Below, piece by piece: positions 11,481 through 20,699 of a stretch of DNA of 64,000 bases. Source of the DNA: Carpediemonas membranifera BICM. Lineage: Eukaryota; Protista; Fornicata. The stretch lies in contig JAHDYR010000046.1 in NCBI GenBank assembly GCA_019828565.1, positions 6,438-70,437 on the forward strand, in the 5' to 3' direction. The notes under the pieces are model-generated. The model had not been told where the DNA came from, searched no databases, and saw nothing but the letters and a program-made list of their open reading frames with translations. A program made the position numbers and the translations under genes. The number at the start of each line of letters is the position of its first letter. The stretch's first letter is position 1.

Positions 11481-11587
11481 TTTGTTTTGTTTCCACTGAG
11501 CTTGTGGAATGTCTGACCCCAACTGGAATCGAACCCGCGACCCTCCGTCTCTCAGGCTGGGGGCCTAACCATCTGAGCTACGGCTGG
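11481..11587 (-). pseudogene. tRNA-derived SINE-like sequence / tRNA pseudogene
   Basis: A box TAGCTCAGATGG and B box GGTTCGATTCC at tRNA spacing, but acceptor and anticodon stems do not pair; followed by a hairpin (TTCCAC..GTGGAA) and ACAAAACAAAA. Confidence 0.65.
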
Positions 11588-11753
11588 AGCGCTTTCGGGA
11601 TTTTGCGATTTGCGGTCCCCGGTGTTGTTCTCGGTTTCTTCAGCCATCTGGCCGTAATTGATTCGATCCCGATTCGTTCGGCTCGAATAAATCGAATCAG
11701 GCAGATCCATCGCCCATGCTCCATTATCTCACGCCGGAGCTGACGTCTCATGC

Positions 11754-11827
11754 GGGCGGTTGGCTCAATTGGATAGAGTACCTGACTACGGATCAGGTGG
11801 TTGCAGGTTCGAGTCCTGCATCGCTCG
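11754..11827 (+). tRNA. trnR: tRNA-Arg(ACG)
   Basis: Full cloverleaf: GGGCGGT/ATCGCTC acceptor, GCTC/GAGT D-stem, CCTGA-CTACGGA-TCAGG anticodon arm, GCAGG-TTCGAGT-CCTGC T arm; TTTT follows at 11830. Confidence 0.96.
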
Positions 11828-11832
11828 AATTT
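11816..11832 (+). repeat. 17-bp target-site duplication copy 1 (CTGCATCGCTCGAATTT = tRNA 3' end)
   Basis: Identical at 15583..15599 and 44780..44796. Confidence 0.85.
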
Positions 11833-14800
11833 TATATCACTCTTTGCGGTCGTTGACTCCGACTCGGTCGTCGCTAGACTAGGCTAGCCACCTAACTCAT
11901 ACTCCCAAAGGGGGGTAAAGGATTTATTCTTCTCGGGCTCCTTTGGGCCCGATGTGCCTTCGGGCATTCGAAATTCTGATGCCATAAACTGCACGTTTCC
12001 GTGCGCCCTCTCGGGCGTCTCAGCACCCCGGGTGCCAATGGGCTCGAGTGGTGCTCGATGGCGCTCTCGCGGCTTACTGCGTTAAACGGCGTAAAGGAAC
12101 ACGGTTTGCGTTCACTTTCAGCAGCAGCGCGCATCTGAGCACCAAGGCTCGATTTTGCGCAATTTCACGCATCCACTCGCACAAAACGTACCAAAACTCC
12201 TTGAAAGGAGCTACTTCTCCGCAAAAGACAACGAAAGTAACCAAAGTGAGATCAAAACAGCGAAATGTTGTGGTATTCCCGTTCTTACTCACTCACAATG
12301 TCCTGCCCAGCAGCAGCCGCGCGTTCGCGAGCAGCTTGGGCTTGTGTCAGCCAATCCACGATGGCTCTGCACTGCCACTTCCAATTGGCAACGAAAACCC
12401 GGTCCACGAGACGATCCTTGGCCGCGTTGTCCAGCAGCTTCATCTCGACCAGCCTCTCTGGCCAGGGCACACCGCCAGCCTTCCAGGGCGCGCAACGGCC
12501 GCTCGAACTGACAACAGCAGGCACCATATCAACGTTGAAGTGCTGATACTGCTTCACCTTATCAGCCCGCGCGTCGGAGACGTAGTCCGAGCAGACGATG
12601 TCAATGACGGGTTTCACACCGCCCTCGTCGGGCCTGACTTCGACGTCCATGCGCACTCTGTACGGCCGCAAAGGATGCTTCGCCTCTGCAGACTTCGGCG
12701 TCAGCCACCTCTCAGGCCTGGCTGCCACGCCCTCCTCCTTGAGGGTCCTGATCACTTCGTCCCGGATGGCGTCATGCCGCTGCACCTTTGCGTCACCGCG
12801 TAGGCACGGGCACACCACCGCGTGCGACCAGCCCTTCATAGCCACAGTACGACTGTGCTTCTCAGAGCAGATCGGGCACACTCCAGCCGCGTCGCTAAAG
12901 GCGGGCCGGCCCAGGTGGTCGGCGATCATGGCCCGGTCGACCTCGTGGCGGTTCGACTGCCTCGTGACAGAGACTGGGTCGGACTTGAGCATAGCGCTGA
13001 TGATGTTGGGCGCGACGACGCTGTCCTTCACCGCAGGGTTGGTGTTGAAATTATGTTCCTTCAACAGGCACACCAACTCGTGCTGCGGCTTGTCCTTGCC
13101 GACCGCCTTCAGCGCTGCCTCATCCTTGGGCCAATCCTTCACGTTGGCGCCCAGCGCGAGGACCTTATCCAGGTCGGGCCGGCTGAGGCCAAACTCCAGC
13201 AGATGCCGGGAGGCCCCCAGGTAGGCGGGAGCCCAGACATCGAGCGGCATCGGCAAGCCGAGACCGCCCGCATGCACCGGCAGCCCTAGCCGCCGGCAGA
13301 ACTTCTTCATCTCTTCCGCATCGGTGATCTTGTCTTGCAGGATGTCCAAGACGGCTGGGGCAATACACTGCCGTTCAAAGACGGCCGTCTTGCCCAGCAA
13401 ATTGCCCTGGCCTGTGGTAGACTTGATCGTGGGGAGAACGTTGCGGTAGAAATGTATGGGGATGGTGAGCGCAGACACCCTGACGATCGTCAGAGCCACC
13501 GCCGTGGCCTTCGACCCGATCTCCCGGCAGAGCTCCTTGGCGGCGTCGAGCACGGCCTTCACCTTCTTCAGGATCTTGGTACAGCACTCAACGTGGAAGG
13601 CTGAGGAGACGGAGATGGGGATACCCACCAGCTTGAAAGACTGCGCCCGCGTCACCTGGTCCGAAGCGTTGTTGTCGTCCCGCGACTCGCGATGAGCGAC
13701 CGCACACTTGGACCGGTTCAACGGCATCCCAACACTCGCAAAGAGCTGCTCCGACCGAGAGACGAATGAATTCGCCTTCCGGCCCGTCTCGTAGTCTTGC
13801 AGGGGGCTCGGGATGGACGCCGAAACGTCATCCTGGTATCCGCGAACAGTGAAGTCCGGGAATTCCCCGCGCAACTGCGTCAGCAGAGGAACATGCCCAG
13901 CGAGAAGAGGAGTGGGGAGAGAGGATCACCCTGGTGGATGCCCTCCTCCGAGGCCCACACCTCGCCAGTCGTCGTCAGCAGCAAGCCGCTGGCGTACATT
14001 CGGCGGAGGTAGGGGCCGAGTACGGGAATATATGCCTCGACCACCTTCACGAGATAATCTCGGGACATCGTGCCATACGCGTTGGACATGTCCAACGTCA
14101 CGATGGTGCTCCCGTTCATGTACTCGTTCAGCGTGGCCGTCGCCAGCCGCTCCAGGCCGGCTGATTCGCCAAGCCCGAATTGGTCCCCCATCAACTCATC
14201 CTCGACGACAAGCCTTGGGAAGACGACTGTTGCGGCGACCTTAGCCGCCAGCCGGCGCAGCACCTCGCCTATTGCGACAGGGCGGACCCCACCGCAATCC
14301 TTCGGCACCGGCACCAGGATCGCGTGTGCGAAGATCGACGTGTACTCCTCACCGTCCAGGATGTCCTGCAAGACAGGCTCCAAGGCGGCTACGAGGTCTC
14401 CACGCCTCACGCTCGCGGCAATGCGCAGGTGTAGCGCTGACAGGCCCGACGGTCCAGGGGCGGATTCCGGCGAAAGGCTCATGAGTGCGGCCTTGATCTG
14501 CTTGCGCGAGACCGTGATGGCACTGAGCGGGTTCGCCGGCACGTCGGGGAGGGAGATGTTCGGCACAAGCCCTGTCGGAGAAGACAGCTTCTCCTTCAGA
14601 GACTGATTGATCTCGTCAGGCGTGAGGGTCGTCTCCGACCCCGTGATCGTTGTCACTGCCTTGGAGATGAAGCCACGTATGGCCAAGTTCCACGCGCGCC
14701 TTGTGCGGTTGGCTCTCGGCCTGCGAGCCGAGACCTTCGGGGGTGCGTACAAGGTCTGCGCGTACGAGCACAGTCTCGCGGCGGCAGCAAGTTTGGCGTC

Positions 14801-15582
14801 CGTGCCTTCGGCGTCGGCGATTGCCTTCAGGCGGCTGATCAAGCCCTCCGCGAACCCGGCGCGACGGCGCTTGGGTGGGCGAGCTTACCCAGGAAGAGGG
14901 CCTTCGCTGGGTCGAGGAAACAGTCTGGGCGGACGGGGGCCGTCGCTCTGCGCTGATTGAACTCTGGCGTCTGGGACGCGTCGAGTGTAACGCTGGACGG
15001 GCCCTCGCTTGCCTGGCTTGCTGGGCGTTGAGGGGTCTGACTCGGAGCCGGCGGTTGGCTCGGAATCGGCGGGCGGGGGACGGGGGCAGACTGAGTCTGG
15101 GGTGAAGGGCTGAGGGCGCGGGCGGTGTCGGTTGACCCAACAGGCGCACCAGCGATCCGGGCGACAGTCCTCACGACTTCGGCTGCATGAGCAGGCGCTG
15201 TATCGATCATTGTCATGCGAGACTTCGTGACGTTGGGCGCATTGCGACCCTCGTATGCCACGGCAACTGCACGAATTCTGTCGAGGATCTCCCGCAGTTT
15301 TGCGAGAGTCAGACGTTTGTTCTTACGGGACTTCCCGTCTCCAAGCCAAGTTCTAACGTTTGCTTCGTTCTGCAAAGCGTCAAATAGTTCCTGATTACTG
15401 TTGAAGTCGTTCACGACCTCATCAGGGACGTATTGTGCGAAATTTTTGCGGATTTCGGAGATAACGTGGAGAAGCTCCTCCTGGATCCCTAATGTACCAC
15501 CAGGCACATCAGGAGACCTTGTGAAGATGATTCTCCCACCTCCTTCTTGTGATCGTCGGTGATCTACCGACATTCTCTGATG
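11833..15582 (-). mobile_element. CRE-like site-specific non-LTR retrotransposon, copy 1
   Basis: Single RT-zinc knuckle-REL ORF bounded by 17-bp direct repeats of the tRNA 3' end. Confidence 0.85.
11871..12057 (-). mobile_element. Solo split-direct-repeat remnant (A-spacer-B) of YR element D
   Basis: Matches 15638..15824, but its right flank (ATGGCGCTC...) equals the flank of A1 at 19424. Confidence 0.85.
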
Positions 15583-15588
15583 CTGCAT
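12285..15588 (-). CDS. RT + CCHC + restriction-like endonuclease polyprotein (two 1-bp G-run deletions near 13888 and 14878)
   Basis: SAPGPSG, GGVRPVAIGE, DMSNAY, QGDPLSP, YQDD, LP...GGLG, CPIC..HAVVC, RHD, RMD..ID..K..Y; intact frame in copy 2. Confidence 0.9.
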
Positions 15589-15599
15589 CGCTCGAATTT
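15583..15599 (+). repeat. 17-bp target-site duplication copy 2
   Basis: CTGCATCGCTCGAATTT between the two CRE-like copies. Confidence 0.85.
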
Positions 15600-16009
15600 T
15601 ATATCACTCTTTGCGGTCGTTGACTCCGACTCGGTCGTCGCTAGACTAGGCTAGCCACCTAACTCATACTCCCAAAGGGGGGTAAAGGATTTATTCTTCT
15701 CGGGCTCCTTTGGGCCCGATGTGCCTTCGGGCATTCGAAATTCTGATGCCATAAACTGCACGTTTCCGTGCGCCCTCTCGGGCGTCTCAGCACCCCGGGT
15801 GCCAATGGGCTCGAGTGGTGCTCGCTAGACTAGGCTAGCCACCTAACTCATACTCCCAAAGGGGAACACCGTCCGCAGATCTGAGGTAAGTAGAGTAATT
15901 ACAGTGGAGTATGGCGGCTCCATGCCTGCCTCAAGTGCCAGCAGCTCCTTGCTGCTTTCGGCTGGACCGGGCGTCTCCTTGACGGCCTCCGGTGCGATGG
16001 TTTATGGTG

Positions 16010-16582
16010 TTAGAATGGGAACAGGGTGTTTGCAGTTTGTCGGGTTTGACGAGGGTGGTTGCGGATAGCCTCCCCGATGTAAGGCCGGAGAGAGTTGCCG
16101 TTAGCCCAGGTTCCGAGTTGGAGTAAGGTCTCTATCGGTGTGCCTGCTAGTGCCAGTTCGGAAGCCGCTCCCTTGCGGAAGCTGTGTAGGCCAATCCTGT
16201 TGTCGTGGAAGACTGTGCGTAGCTCCTCTCGCATACGTCGCATTGTGCACGGGGTCTTACGGCTGACCTTCGATGAGGATGTGATCGCGCGCCAGATGCA
16301 GGCGTCCGGTGGAAGGTTCAAGCCTCGTACCCATCTCTGCAGGGCCAGCGCTGGGTTGAATGGGCCTAGTAGGGTGTTGGGTAGTGACTTAGTGACCTTT
16401 GCAAGCGTCTTTGTGCGACCAAGGAGCAGCTGGGCGTCCCCGTTTGTCTTGAACACGATGTCAGCGCTCGTCAGGTTGAAGATTTCAGCTCCGCGGCTCA
16501 CGGTCAGGTAAGCAATCGCGGCGAATAGTGTCGCTTGGTACGTCGCGATGTCGCTGTTCCTGGACTTGATGGCCCTGATCAT
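16010..16582 (-). CDS. Tyrosine recombinase catalytic domain of element D (N-terminal part continues upstream across a frameshift)
   Basis: SRGAEI, TKT, HSFRKG, GTW, PY. Confidence 0.9.
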   Translation of the reverse strand: MIRAIKSRNSDIATYQATLFAAIAYLTVSRGAEIFNLTSADIVFKTNGDAQLLLGRTKTLAKVTKSLPNTLLGPFNPALALQRWVRGLNLPPDACIWRAITSSSKVSRKTPCTMRRMREELRTVFHDNRIGLHSFRKGAASELALAGTPIETLLQLGTWANGNSLRPYIGEAIRNHPRQTRQTANTLFPF

Positions 16583-16846
16583 GTCCTCCCCTTGTGACTG
16601 GGGCTGACCCGCCTGTCATGCCGGTGGTGTTGGCGTTGTCTGCTATGCCTCTTCTGATTTGTGGACAGTAGGTGCTGGGGGTCCAGTCGGAAAAGAGTGG
16701 GGCGGCCTTCTCGATCCAGTATCCCTTTCGATCGACCGTGGCTGGTGCATTATACTCGGCCTCGTCCTCCAGGAAGGCTCGGTACTCATCGGTGTCGTCC
16801 TCGTGTGGGTCGCGGTACTCAAGGATGAATGCTGTAATCCATCCGG

Positions 16847-18749
16847 CTACTGAGCGCTTGGACTCGTCTCGGCGCATGTGAGACAGTATTGGGTGCTGCA
16901 GGATTCTGGAGAACGTGTCCTGAAGGCGAGAGCTATGAAGCGGATGGTCCCGTTTGGCCTGGAGAGACGGTCTAGGAGTTGTTGGTCCTCTGATGCGAAG
17001 TCGTCTTTCGGTACTGAGAAGGGAATCTTGCATGTCGCGTGCGCCTTGAGTTGTTGGAGTTCGGGGCTCGTAATGTCTGGCACGACGAGGAAGCATGCTG
17101 AGGTCCACGAGTTCGGAGGGGATGTAGTCGGGGTCGTTAAGATCGGTAGGAGGGTCTGCCATGTCCGTCCCAAGGTCATCGGGGACGGGTGTGGCGCGGC
17201 ATAAACGCGGTGTCCGCGCCAGTTCCCTGAACAGGCCGTCCGGCCAGTGTTCGATGGTAAACCCTGGGAGGCGTAGAGTGCGGTCTGGGTGTGCTGTAGC
17301 GTCCACGTCGACGGGGCCCCAAGTCTCGAGAATTGTCTCCAGCACGTGGGGTGGGGTGGACAACCCGCGTGACAGTCGGTCTGCGGCGAGATTGAGGTGG
17401 CCTGGGGTGTGTCGAGCGTGTATGAGGAGCTTCTTGCGTTCCATCTCCTTGTAGAGTATCCTGAGTGTCTGTAGCGCCATCGGGGGGGCCTTTGAGCTGC
17501 CCTCCTTGTTGATCCAGGCGACGCACGAGCTGTTGTCTGAGAAGACCGTGAGATTGCGCTCTGAGTCCTGTGCTGGTATGATGCGTGAGCCAAAGAGGAC
17601 TGCGGCGAGCTCCTTCACGTTGATAGATTGTTCCGCCAGTGCGCCCTTGAAAGAACCGTGGGAGTTCGCGGACGTGTTGGTCCACTGGGCTCCCCAGCCT
17701 GTGCCCGACGCATCTGTGGAAATAATCAGCTCTAGTTGCTGGTCCTGAGACCATAGGTTCTTCAACTCGGCGAAGGAGCGGGTTGGTCGGACGGCCAGGA
17801 GCTGCAGCCACTCCTTGAGGTCTGCTGTGTAGGGGTGGATGTCGACCCAGTTCTCCGTGGCAGAGGGGAGCGTGCGGAGCTTCAGGGTAGCCCGTCTTGC
17901 AGAGGTGGCGAAGAAGGAGAGCTTGCCTACGATCTTCGCCCAGTCTTTCGCGCGGATGCGCTTCTTGACGAGTGCTTCTGATAGGGCCTCTGCGTACCTC
18001 TTGGCCTTGTCGGCGGGGAGACGGATGGTGTTGGACGTGGTGTTCAGGAGCAGGCCAAGGAATTCTATGCACTGGCACGGTGTTAAGATGCACTTCTCCA
18101 GCGACGGGATGAGGCCCAGTGCCTCCATCGTCTTGATGATCTTGGGTATTTCCTTGCTGAGGTGGTCTCTGCTGTCGGCTGACAGTAAGAAGTCGTCGAG
18201 GTAGACGTTGACGATTACCTTGTGGCGGAGGGCGATGACCTTTGCTACCTGGACCATAGCGGACTGGAAGAAATAAGGCGCGGCGGTCCAACCGAAGCCT
18301 AGCGTGCGGTATTGGAACGCCCGACCGTCGGGCAGAGCGATGCCCAGGAGCGGTTTGTCCGAGTCTCTGATGGCCAGCTGTGAGTAGCCGGATCTTAGGT
18401 CTATCTTGGCCATCCAGGCCTGGCTGGAGAGTGTGTTGATGGCACGACGTATGCCGAACAGACGGAAGGAGCGGCGTTCGCGTGTGACCGTGTTCAGCCG
18501 CCTCAGGTCGTGGATCACTCTTATGTCTTCCCCCTTGGGGACAGCAAACAGCGGGGCGCTGTGCTTGAGCTGACTGAGGGGCGTCGGCTCGATGATTCCT
18601 TGTTGTGTCATTGATTCGAGCTTCGGAAGTATCCTCGGGTCGATGGTCCTCTGTGGGGCTGCCGGTGGTGGAGGCGCTGTGATCTCGACGGGTATTCCGT
18701 CTCGTACCCGCGCTACTACTGCTGGAGCTACCCTGAATTGTTCCCACAC
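16847..18749 (-). CDS. RT-RNase H-MT-like ORF of element D (frameshifts in the MT part)
   Basis: DLRSGYSQ, LGFGWTAAP, YLDD, TDAS, INVKEL, SDN, GHLNLAADRLSR, WGPVDVD, WRGHRVYAAP. Confidence 0.9.
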
Positions 18750-18778
18750 CCGCCATCGCGAACGGGTTGATGGGAATA

Positions 18779-19360
18779 TTAGGAGCGGGCCCGGCGGCCG
18801 ACGCTGCTGGAGCCCTGCTCCTGAAAATTCCGACGCTTACGCTTGCCCTTAGTCTTGGCCTTAGCGAGGATCGTCTCGATCTCCATCTCAGACTTCGGGG
18901 GCGTGGCTCGCAGGGCTGCAGTGGCGTAGTCACAGACGTTGTCGTCGTAGTCGTCCTTGAGGAGAAGGACCTTGAACCGGCTCAGGAGACGGAGCAGTAG
19001 ATCGTTCACGTCGAGTGAGTGCGGGTCCGCGGTCGTCAGGAGACGCATGATCTCGCGTAGGAACTTGGCTTCGTCGCGGGGCCCGTACCTCTTGGGGAGC
19101 TCCAAATCGAACAAGAAGGACGGAAAGCCTTGGAAGGTTCCCTGGGTTGCTTGCTCATCGGTTTCTAGCTCGTACTCTTCTTGTTCTACCTCCCTCTGGA
19201 TGGATCTTTCCTCGATGTTCTCCATCTTCGTTTTCATGAACTCCAATATGGCAGTTACGTTGTTGGTAAACTTTCGGAACTCTTCCTGGGATACAGGAGG
19301 TTCTGCGGACGTGCCCGATGTGCCTTCGGGCATTCGAAATTCTGATGCCATAAACTGCAC
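18779..19360 (-). CDS. Gag-like ORF1 of element D
   Basis: 193-aa ORF starting inside A1; similar to 47859..48386 (ELP..., EAK.LR..M, L.LKDD, KAKxKGKRK). Confidence 0.8.
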   Translation of the reverse strand: MQFMASEFRMPEGTSGTSAEPPVSQEEFRKFTNNVTAILEFMKTKMENIEERSIQREVEQEEYELETDEQATQGTFQGFPSFLFDLELPKRYGPRDEAKFLREIMRLLTTADPHSLDVNDLLLRLLSRFKVLLLKDDYDDNVCDYATAALRATPPKSEMEIETILAKAKTKGKRKRRNFQEQGSSSVGRRARS

Positions 19361-19681
19361 GTTTCCGTGCGCCCTCTCGGGCGTCTCAGCACCCCGGGTG
19401 CCAATGGGCTCGAGTGGTGCTCGATGGCGCTCTCGCGGCTTACTGCGTTAAACGGCGTAAAGGAACACGGTTTGCGTTCACTTTCAGCAGCAGCGCGCAT
19501 CTGAGCACCAAGGCTCGATTTTGCGCAATTTCACGCATCCACTCGCACAAAACGTACCAAAACTCCTTGAAAGGAGCTACTTCTCCGCAAAAGACAACGA
19601 AAGTAACCAAAGTGAGATCAAAACAGCGAAATGTTGTGGTATTCCCGTTCTTACTCACTCACAATGTCCTGCCCAGCAGCA

Positions 19682-19740
19682 CATGCTGTTTTTTCTGGTA
19701 CTTTAACCGGGACTTAAAGTCCCGGAATAAGTCCCGGAAT
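19682..19740 (+). repeat. Left TIR
   Basis: Five mismatches and one indel versus the reverse complement of 41449..41508; contains the near-palindrome CCGGGACTTAAAGTCCCGG. Confidence 0.92.
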
Positions 19741-20699
19741 ACATGAAAAAAGGACGATTGCAAGAAAAAATGAACGCGCTCAAACAATTAAACTACAGCG
19801 TATTACGCCTTGCACTTGCACAAGGCATCGTTTAGACATCCGTACAACATGCTGAAGACCTTCACTCGCGAAGTCAGTGGCATCGCACAAACTCTCGTCG
19901 AAAAACTGTCTCATGGTTCATCTAGGGTCGGGATAGACTGCCGTGCCTCCCCCACTGGTCCAGTATGCCGAGATAAAATTTCCTGGGTGCGTAAAGATGC
20001 GACTTTTGGGAATTGCTCCCAAAGAAGTTTGCTTTTGCTCGCCAACAAAGAAGGCCGAAAGCAAGTGAGAACATCTGTGTCACATAACAACCTTTGTTCT
20101 GCATCAAATAGCAGCAAGATTGCATACGGCATCGAGTATTCTCGAGAAAACACTCAAAACTTTGCCTGGCAAACGAAAAACGATCCTAAAAGCTAATTTA
20201 CCTCCAATGTCTCCAAAAAGTGAGCCGCATGATGTGTATTTCTATGATCTTTGTCTTTCACCTTCAGTTCTTCTTCAAATCATCCATACGCGGCATATCA
20301 AGCATTCTCGTCGTTTGGTCAATTCTGGCAAATCAACAAAAGGTATCCATCGGCTCAGAAGAGGCTGTGGTGGTAGCCTCGGTCCCGCTTACACCCCCGT
20401 GCGTGCCTTGTGATGAAGAAAACTTGTGATATGGCCGGAATGCACTTTATGACAAACGAATGAAGCGGGCCGAGTTTATCGCCGAAATCAAGCAAATGCG
20501 CGTTAAGCTGAGTCACTTGACTGAAATTGATGACTATTACGCCATTGCCGACGACGTTACTAAGAATTACCTGACAGTTGCCTCAAATTTCTTACTGAAA
20601 GCTGTTCTTCGCTCGCAATAGACGTAATTGACTGTAGATTGGTGAAGATAGTGTAAACATAAAGAACCCTTTATATACATACTCCGATTATCCATCTAT

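Larger units (their letters stand above)
15638..19423 (-). mobile_element. Complete PAT-like YR retrotransposon D with split direct repeats A1...B1-A2-B2
   Basis: A1 19313..19423 = A2 15714..15824 (111 bp); B1 15825..15864 = B2 15641..15680 (40 bp); gag, RT-RH-MT and YR lie between; TCG at both ends and at the B1/A2 junction. Confidence 0.92.

Noticed and set aside
13880-14880. Programmed frameshifts in the CRE, LINE, kinase and PHD genes
   Set aside because: The breaks fall in homopolymer runs and differ between near-identical copies (CRE copy 2 is intact), so sequencing indels are more likely; read polishing would decide.
12048-15387. Numerous plus-strand ORFs antisense to RT genes (also 41500..44600 and within the YR elements)
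   Set aside because: Shadow ORFs of GC-rich coding sequence with no motifs.
19810-20621. Gene next to the left TIR
   Set aside because: Only short fragmented ORFs, one with an in-frame TGA at ~20428; no product can be supported.
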